Assembly (NCBI GenBank): GCA_902800345.1
Contig: CADCDO010000011.1
Coordinates: forward strand, 6,084 to 70,083
Origin: Fibrobacter succinogenes
Lineage (GTDB): Bacteria > Fibrobacterota > Fibrobacteria > Fibrobacterales > Fibrobacteraceae
Length of the DNA: 64,000 bases
Direction: 5' to 3'
Under the pieces are notes generated by a model that worked only from the letters and a program-made list of their open reading frames with translations, was not told where the DNA came from and did no database searches. Positions 36,901-41,927 of this stretch are shown piece by piece. Each line of letters begins with the position of its first letter. The first letter of the stretch is position 1. The translations under genes were made by a program, and so were the position numbers.

Positions 36901-37188
36901 TTTGTACTTCTTCTTAAAATCTTCTAACTTTACAAAATCATCAACTTTTGATGGAATACCACTATACCTTTGCAACTCATAATACAACACTTTATACTTA
37001 AAAACAAAGGCGTCCCTTTCTGCATCCTGAATATAGTGATTAAAGATACCGTCAAAGTCAACGAAAAAACAATCACATATTTCTATGAAGTTTTCTACTT
37101 TTTGTTCAAATTCTTTAGCAAGTTGTCTCCGATGTGCCACGTAACATAGAGCAACTGAAGTGAATAATACAATTATTAGCACAAACAT
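33973..37188 (-). CDS. Membrane-anchored UvrD/helicase-IV-like SF1 helicase with a PD-(D/E)xK-like insert and two C-terminal topoisomerase-type C4 zinc ribbons
   Basis: The ORF track starts at a TTG (37197); I prefer the ATG at 37186-37188 (MFVLIIVLFTSVALCYVA, a TM helix).
- Helicase motifs: VLAGAGSGKTLT (nt 36241-36264), ISFTKKSA, VIVDEYQDIS, CVGDDWQSIYRFAGS, TYRNS, SVHKSKGLEADNVILL and RRLFYVAITRTKNR.
- Insert: YRPDFYLKDYDIYLEHFG (nt 35591-35640).
- C-terminus: CPLCKTGDL..GCSNFPRCRY and CPNCGGFL..GCSNYPACEY. Confidence 0.8.
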   Translation of the reverse strand: MFVLIIVLFTSVALCYVAHRRQLAKEFEQKVENFIEICDCFFVDFDGIFNHYIQDAERDAFVFKYKVLYYELQRYSGIPSKVDDFVKLEDFKKKYKDFPRLVIESNVEIKCKELLIEVESFLIEFDGLFKHYIQDTERDTFILKYQALYFELLKYSRISSKVKTFVILEEFRRKYEDFPRLVLESNAEIRRKEQLKLLLQFVNIFFEELRVLTSYYVTDADGEIFHLKWKKLSQDVATCNLKTNDDEYRKINLFETTYKKFSNYLENANKLFIAQESQKYDSLFSDIDGKSLDLQQREAVITDEDRILVLAGAGSGKTLTIAGKVKYLCDVKNINPEEILLISFTKKSAQEMTDRIQGKLGIPVNSTTFHKLGLDIIKSADGKRPEVLDESLFNKFIHVFFEKELVNYPDLVKNIIEYFAYYIDIPQNMEECSSLGEMYEAEKSVDLETLKSKYDQEKYIHEEKIKKAQDHTTLKNEKVKSLQEVQIANFLFLNGVNYEYEKIYPFESQDPLRKAYRPDFYLKDYDIYLEHFGITRDYTVPWLSLVEAQKYLEGIEWKRDFHKQNKTKLIETYSYYNSEGVLLQKLEELLKQNGVVLKSRNFMDIFNTVYATKTNKYFSEFVKLCGTFIVLFKSNNYTIGTIDNWKDWLSLENNSFLQRRNNTFLNIIRVILEEYQKHLIANNSIDFSDMINNATEKVNAGCEIPVYKYVIVDEYQDISKARFNLLKAIVDKTKAKLFCVGDDWQSIYRFAGSDISLFTDIAKYFGKTKILKIEKTYRNSQKLIDEASRFVLQNPLQLKKCLRSDKKLDYPLVFWGFDDNPRNALQAIINKIALDYGTNSSILLLGRTNYDIEIAKDTGLFREIRKNGTEALEYIQNPMLPIQFLSVHKSKGLEADNVILLNFRNDKLGFPNQIIDDPVLNFVLTNAEDYRFAEERRLFYVAITRTKNRTYVLVDNKNPSPFFKEFSESTSVFFKSTRRRTSGKQTKCPLCKTGDLLKVEHDGKSFVGCSNFPRCRYAQRDVTILSSPKICPNCGGFLIKRKGYNGHYFVGCSNYPACEYKEKFIWNEFSN
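36493..37095 (-). repeat. Intragenic tandem duplication (2.4 copies of a 240-bp/80-aa unit) in the N-terminus of the UvrD-like helicase
   Basis: In ORF-track numbering, aa 44-123 (FFVDFDGIFNHYIQDAERDAFVFKYKVLYYELQRYSGIPSKV..KKKYKDFPRLVIESNVEIKCKE) align to aa 124-203 (FLIEFDGLFKHYIQDTERDTFILKYQALYFELLKYSRISSKV..RRKYEDFPRLVLESNAEIRRKE). A degenerate third partial copy follows. Confidence 0.85.
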
Positions 37189-37202
37189 GTTTAGCAAACG
37201 CC

Positions 37203-38384
37203 TTACCCCTTAAAATTCCAAATTTCGTACCCTTGCCGTCTTGCAGAATCATATACGGGTTGCATGTTCTTTTTCAGAATATTGATAAATTGTTCTTCAC
37301 TATTTCCCGCTCGAAAAAGTTCCGTTTCAGCCCATATCGAATGAATGTTGTCGCGGTAACATTTCTCAAAGCGGTTGCGAACGAATTCGTCATTCCACAT
37401 CAAACGATACATTGCATATTGGTTGTCAGCAAATTGCTTGAAAAAAGTCCAATGTGGCAGGCGATTATTCTTGGAAGAGTTTAACGAAGAATCCATCGGA
37501 ATCAGATTCCACAATTCATCGTTCATCACGAACGACCATGGAATAAAATGGTCAATATCGTAATCATTTTCAATAGGCTTGTTTGTATAGATGTCAAGAA
37601 TCGTTTCTCGTTGCAGGATTATTTCCCATAGTTTGCGGACTTGTTCAAGTTTTCGAGTACTTGCATCCAAAGGAGAAAGTTTATACACAATACCCGGAAC
37701 TTCGGGATTGTTGACTTGCAACCATTTTGATTTTTCATGCTGAATCCATCCAAGAATCGCAACCGAATTGTCTTGAATATATTGTTTCCATATCGGATTA
37801 AAAACAACTTTACGATTTAGCTGCGGATTTTCGTCAAAGGTGTACGGCAGCAAAATACGGCGATTCACTGCTTGCGTATATCCAATGATTGCCGAGGTAC
37901 TATTCCAATTGACTTTTTCCCCACGTCCCTGTTCGTAACGATTATAAAATCCTGCCAACGCTCGATAAGGAACATATTTTGTCAATGCGATTTTATACTT
38001 CTTAATATCTCTGTTAAATTCCTTGATTGCATTCTTGATTTCTATCTTGGATGCATTGGATTGCAAGTCACTCTTTTCGGCTAAATCAGTAACGGCCAAT
38101 TCTAACGCATCGCGAAATTCGCCTTTCAGCATACCGCTCAAGTGAATGTGATATTCGCGGACAGTGAACCATGCATTCGCAATCATTTCGTCAATAATCG
38201 CATCAAAACTTGCAACGCTCACATTTTCATCAATCAATTTGACAATCGCTTCAAGCCAATAGAACTTGTAACAATATGTTGGATCTTTCATCATGAGCGA
38301 AAAACACTCGACATCGAGTTGATTGCAATAGGGCGAATTAACATCCAAAGCTAAGCTTTGCGGGAAAGGATTATATTCATCCAT
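37203..38384 (-). CDS. HNH endonuclease-domain protein (Cas9/HNH_4-type motif) with an uncharacterised N-terminal domain of about 270 aa
   Basis: 393 aa. The motif is YDIDHFIPWSFVMNDELWNLIPMDSSLNSSKNNRLP (nt about 37455-37562). It fits D-x-D-H-x-x-P-x-S...N-L-x-P...N-x-x-K-x-x-x-x-P. The start overlaps the methyltransferase gene by 34 nt. Confidence 0.75.
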   Translation of the reverse strand: MDEYNPFPQSLALDVNSPYCNQLDVECFSLMMKDPTYCYKFYWLEAIVKLIDENVSVASFDAIIDEMIANAWFTVREYHIHLSGMLKGEFRDALELAVTDLAEKSDLQSNASKIEIKNAIKEFNRDIKKYKIALTKYVPYRALAGFYNRYEQGRGEKVNWNSTSAIIGYTQAVNRRILLPYTFDENPQLNRKVVFNPIWKQYIQDNSVAILGWIQHEKSKWLQVNNPEVPGIVYKLSPLDASTRKLEQVRKLWEIILQRETILDIYTNKPIENDYDIDHFIPWSFVMNDELWNLIPMDSSLNSSKNNRLPHWTFFKQFADNQYAMYRLMWNDEFVRNRFEKCYRDNIHSIWAETELFRAGNSEEQFINILKKNMQPVYDSARRQGYEIWNFKG

Positions 38385-38941
38385 TTTTCTTCGCTCCTAT
38401 TCGGTCTTACATCCATAGATATCCAATATTCATCGCATTTCAATTCAGGAATATTCAAAAGAAATTCAGCAAACGTTTGCTCTGTAAAATCAGAAAAATA
38501 ACGGGCGTTTCTTTCGCCAGAAAAAGTCCCATATTTGAACGATGTATAAATTATTCCAGCAGGCTTAAGGGCCACTGACATTTTTTTCATAACAGGAATA
38601 AGTTCATCGTTTGGCAAATGAAGAATAGAAGCACACGCCCAAATTCCATCGTATTTTGCGACAGCATCTAATTGTTGAAAAAACATTTGCCTAACGGCAA
38701 GGCCCGTGTAGGCACTGGCAATTTTGCACAGTTCTTCTGAACCATCGACAGCGTCCACATCATAACCTTTCATAAGGAACGCTTTCGCATCACGACCAGC
38801 ACCACACCCAAAGTCCAATATTTTCGCATGTAGCGGTAAATAATTGAGGAATCGATCCTGCGTGGCAGAAAAATCTACACCAATAGTACTGCTGGAGTAT
38901 TCCTTCGCATTTTTATTATAATAATCAACGGATGTTGTCAT
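38351..38941 (-). CDS. Class I SAM-dependent methyltransferase (small-molecule/Methyltransf_11-25 type, not an obvious DNA MTase)
   Basis: 196 aa. Motif I is ILDFGCGAGRDA, with an acidic post-I residue (DAVDGS) and motif II YDGIWACASILHL. I saw no (D/N)PP(Y/F) motif and no cytosine-5 PC/ENV motif. Confidence 0.85.
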   Translation of the reverse strand: MTTSVDYYNKNAKEYSSSTIGVDFSATQDRFLNYLPLHAKILDFGCGAGRDAKAFLMKGYDVDAVDGSEELCKIASAYTGLAVRQMFFQQLDAVAKYDGIWACASILHLPNDELIPVMKKMSVALKPAGIIYTSFKYGTFSGERNARYFSDFTEQTFAEFLLNIPELKCDEYWISMDVRPNRSEEKWMNIILSRKA

Positions 38942-39201
38942 GAGTTTTTTAAGCTTTATACTATGTTTGAAAATCTATATAAAAATAAGCGACAGATAAA
39001 GCAAAAAGACCTCAAAAATAACGTCTAAAGCAAATAAAGGAAGAAAAGCTCAACAAACCTCGACATATTTGCAAAATAAGCCCTCTGGATGAGGACGGCA
39101 AAGACGCCGATGAAGTCAAATACCCCCACTTGCCTTCCCTCGCCGTATTTTGTATATTCCCCAATAGTCAAGCTATAGTGGCAGGATAAGCCTGCGACAA
39201 G

Positions 39202-39238
39202 CCGTGTTACTTTTATCAAAAAGGACACGGTTTTTTTT
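39202..39238 (+). terminator. Terminator/attenuator-like hairpin immediately upstream of the ORF6N gene
   Basis: The stem CCGTGT / ACACGG has a 17-nt loop and is followed by T8. It ends 9 nt before the AAGGAGA Shine-Dalgarno of the 39256 gene. Confidence 0.45.
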
Positions 39239-39255
39239 GTTTTAAGGAGAAAAAA

Positions 39256-40245
39256 ATGAACAAAAAGACCGACAATACAGATGTCATCGTACAGAATTCG
39301 CTCATCAATTCGTCCGTCGAAAAGATGATTCAAGTCATCCGAGACAAGCAGGTTCTGCTGGACCGCGACTTGGCGACGCTCTACGGGGTAGAAACGAAAG
39401 CACTAAACCAAGCCGTCAAGCGAAACCAGAAACGTTTTCCTGAAAGGAACTGCTTTATGCTGAATAAAGATGAAATTCCTGAATCTTTAAAGTCACAAGT
39501 TGTGACTTTAAACGAGAGAGGCAACAGACGAGGCTTACATATCAAAAAAATGCCCTACGCTTTTACAGAACAAGGCGTCGCAATGCTTGCATCTGTTTTG
39601 CGCAGCGATACCGCGATTCGTGTATCCCTCCAAATCATGGACGCTTTTGTCGAAATGCGGCACACTCTGATGCAAAACGGAGGTTTGGTCCGCAGACTTT
39701 CCAATCTCGAATCAACTGTTATAGACCAAAGCGCCAAAATCGTCGACCACGACCGTAAACTAGATGAACTCTTCGAGGCAATGGACCGCGGTGAACTCCA
39801 AACGAAAGGATTATATTACAACAATCAGATGTTCGACGCCTATGTATTCGTTTGCGGATTGATCCGACAAGCAAAAAAGCGAATTGTCCTTGTAGATCGC
39901 TACGTGGATGAAAAAGTGCTCGCAATGATGCTCAAGCGCAGCAAAGGCGTGTCGGTGACAATCTATACATACGACAAAAGCAAGGTCTTCGAAGTGGATT
40001 TGGCAACATACAACGCACAGTATGCGGACAGTCCCATTGAAATTTTACCATGTTATGGAATGCACGACCGATTCCTATTCATAGACAATATAGCTTACCA
40101 TTTTGGCGCATCCCTGAAAGACCTGGGAACAAGCACATTTTTCTTCAGCAAAGAAGATTTCACACTAGATGAAGTGCTAAAGAAATCAGAGGAAAAGCGA
40201 CAATTACAAGAGTTCTTAGCAACCGAACCATCAAGGAATACTTGA
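39256..40245 (+). CDS. ORF6N (KilA-N-like) DNA-binding-domain protein with a C-terminal degenerate HKD/PLD-like module
   Basis: 329 aa with a strong SD (AAGGAGA). The ORF6N signature is IRDKQVLLDRDLATLYGVETKALNQAVKRNQKRFPE..CFML. The C-terminal motif is HDRFLFIDNIAYHFGASLK (nt 40063-40119), which fits HxRxxxxD-x6-GAS. Confidence 0.7.
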   Translation: MNKKTDNTDVIVQNSLINSSVEKMIQVIRDKQVLLDRDLATLYGVETKALNQAVKRNQKRFPERNCFMLNKDEIPESLKSQVVTLNERGNRRGLHIKKMPYAFTEQGVAMLASVLRSDTAIRVSLQIMDAFVEMRHTLMQNGGLVRRLSNLESTVIDQSAKIVDHDRKLDELFEAMDRGELQTKGLYYNNQMFDAYVFVCGLIRQAKKRIVLVDRYVDEKVLAMMLKRSKGVSVTIYTYDKSKVFEVDLATYNAQYADSPIEILPCYGMHDRFLFIDNIAYHFGASLKDLGTSTFFFSKEDFTLDEVLKKSEEKRQLQEFLATEPSRNT

Positions 40246-40257
40246 CAGGGAAAAACT

Positions 40258-41694
40258 TTATATCGTATTCTCCCTGAACAAATCCTCCATCGTGATTTCT
40301 TGTTGTGCAACGCTGCTGTTAGCACCTTCGGCAACACCATAGGTAGTTACCATTGTGGGAACGATGGCGTACTTGGTTTTCGTTTTAGCACGGAATAGTT
40401 CGGCCCTGTTGCGAATGTAATCGGCATATTCCGCCGTCATTTGATACTTGCCTATAGCGAATTTAATTTCGCACAAGTTTATTGTTCTGTCCGCCCTTGA
40501 AATAACCAAGTCAATTTGGGCTCCTTTTTCAGAATCGCTTTTCGGCACATATCTCCACGCAGACACTTCCGTCGCAACGCCAGCAATACCCAGTTTCTGC
40601 TTTATGGCATCGACATGCGTCATGCAGACAAGTTCAAAAGTCTGTCCCTGCCAACTTTCTACGCTACGCGAGTTGAAATGTTTACTCCACCATTGTTCAT
40701 CAAGAGAGTTGTTCGCCTGCACATACTTGAAATAAAAGAGAGTATAGAAATCAGACAACCGATAGATGGCGTCCTTGACCTTGTTACCAAGCTGGCTATA
40801 TCGCAAAACAAAATCGCATCGTTCAAGGTTCTTCAGCACGGCTGTCAGTGTTTTGCCATCAAAATCGACCTTTTTGTCTATTTGGGAACGAGTCAAGCCT
40901 TCCTTATGGTTTGCCAATAGTTGCGCCACCTGTACATAGTAATCCGCATGGGTGAACAAAGCGTTGTACAATTCGTCAAATTCAATTTTCAGTAGAGCAT
41001 TCTTACGGAAGAAAAGACGGTCTATGTTTTGGACAAGGCTCAAGCGGGTATCCAGCAGGCTCCAGTAAAACGGGACTCCGCCCAAAATCATGTACGCCTG
41101 GAGAATCTGGTACCTGTCCCATGCGCATTTCCTAGCACGGAGATATTGTTCCGATTCATAAAGTGTAAAAGGATTCAGGTAGATGCTGTTCGTAATGCGG
41201 CAATGCAACCCACCTTGGTTTTCGACGAGTTTGTCGATCATCCAGCTAGTTGCGCTACCCGTTGCAATAAACAATATATCTTTACGGCGTGCAGCCCAGC
41301 CATTCCAAAAATTCTCAAACTCCTCAACGAAATCCGATTTTGGGGTGTCGATCCAGGGCATTTCATCAAAAAAGATGACTTTTTTATGGTCACTGGATTG
41401 CGACTCGATCCATCCGGTTAACGAATCGAATGCTTCGGACCAATCGGCAAACTCTGGCAATTTTGGCAAACGCGCGTAATGTTTGATAGCTTTTGCGAAA
41501 TTACGCAACTGCTTTTTTACGGGCAGGTTATGGCCACCGACAAAAGAAAATTCGTACTGACGATTGAAAAACTCTTCCACAAGGAAGGTCTTACCTACGC
41601 GACGACGGCCGTAAACGACAACGAACTCCGACTGGTCACTTTTCAGGCACCGGTCGAGTTCCCCTATTTCACGATTTCGTCCAATCAAGTTCAT
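40258..41694 (-). CDS. AAA-type ATPase (archaeal-ATPase/DUF234-like, Orc1/Cdc6-related fold)
   Basis: 478 aa. It has Walker A (VVYGRRRVGKTFLV), Walker B (VIFFDEMPW) and a C-terminal DUF234-like region (QIDLVISRADRTINLCEIKF, nuclease-fold-like). Confidence 0.75.
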   Translation of the reverse strand: MNLIGRNREIGELDRCLKSDQSEFVVVYGRRRVGKTFLVEEFFNRQYEFSFVGGHNLPVKKQLRNFAKAIKHYARLPKLPEFADWSEAFDSLTGWIESQSSDHKKVIFFDEMPWIDTPKSDFVEEFENFWNGWAARRKDILFIATGSATSWMIDKLVENQGGLHCRITNSIYLNPFTLYESEQYLRARKCAWDRYQILQAYMILGGVPFYWSLLDTRLSLVQNIDRLFFRKNALLKIEFDELYNALFTHADYYVQVAQLLANHKEGLTRSQIDKKVDFDGKTLTAVLKNLERCDFVLRYSQLGNKVKDAIYRLSDFYTLFYFKYVQANNSLDEQWWSKHFNSRSVESWQGQTFELVCMTHVDAIKQKLGIAGVATEVSAWRYVPKSDSEKGAQIDLVISRADRTINLCEIKFAIGKYQMTAEYADYIRNRAELFRAKTKTKYAIVPTMVTTYGVAEGANSSVAQQEITMEDLFRENTI

Positions 41695-41740
41695 CAGAAT
41701 CTCCCATGTTGTTTATCTAAATATATAAAAATCAATCGTA

Positions 41741-41868
41741 TAATTCCCCAAAAGTGATATTTTTTACGAGATTTTAGGAAATTATCTATCAAAAATAACA
41801 GATATTTCCCCAAATCTCAAAATTTCAGCAAGATTTTAGGAAATTATGCAACTTTTAGAAAATTCTTC
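41741..41868. repeat. Iteron-rich intergenic module, copy B (upstream of the DUF234-type ATPase gene)
   Basis: This is the homolog of 28611..28735 in the same orientation. The motif copies are at 41770-41786, 41801-41816 (inverted), 41831-41848 and 41852-41868. Confidence 0.75.
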
Positions 41869-41927
41869 GAAGCGATGGGCTGCGTTGACCCCCAAACAAA
41901 AGGGCTATATTTCTATATTATCGTTCA

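Larger units (their letters stand above)
27560..41927. other. AT-rich accessory island between glmS and scpA
   Basis: There is an abrupt compositional drop. My spot counts of single 60-nt lines give 15/60 G+C at 35161 versus 38/60 at 26401. All ten genes in the interval belong to accessory or defence-associated families. No integrase or transposase is present. Confidence 0.6.

Noticed and set aside
38351-38941. The methyltransferase as the modification half of a classical restriction-modification system.
   Set aside because: I found no (D/N)PP(Y/F) motif, no cytosine-5 PC/ENV motifs and no target-recognition domain. At 196 aa, the size and motifs fit small-molecule class I MTases. The RM reading is therefore unsupported, though not excluded.
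39025-39333. A 102-aa minus-strand ORF in the divergent promoter region.
   Set aside because: It overlaps the ORF6N start and SD, has no ribosome-binding context, and has a hydrophobic low-complexity translation. It is most likely spurious.
40258-41694. The DUF234-type ATPase as a fifth component of the helicase operon.
   Set aside because: It is separated from the operon by the oppositely oriented ORF6N gene. It has its own upstream iteron module and a different GC content. This family is commonly multi-copy and stand-alone, so I treat it only as an island neighbour.
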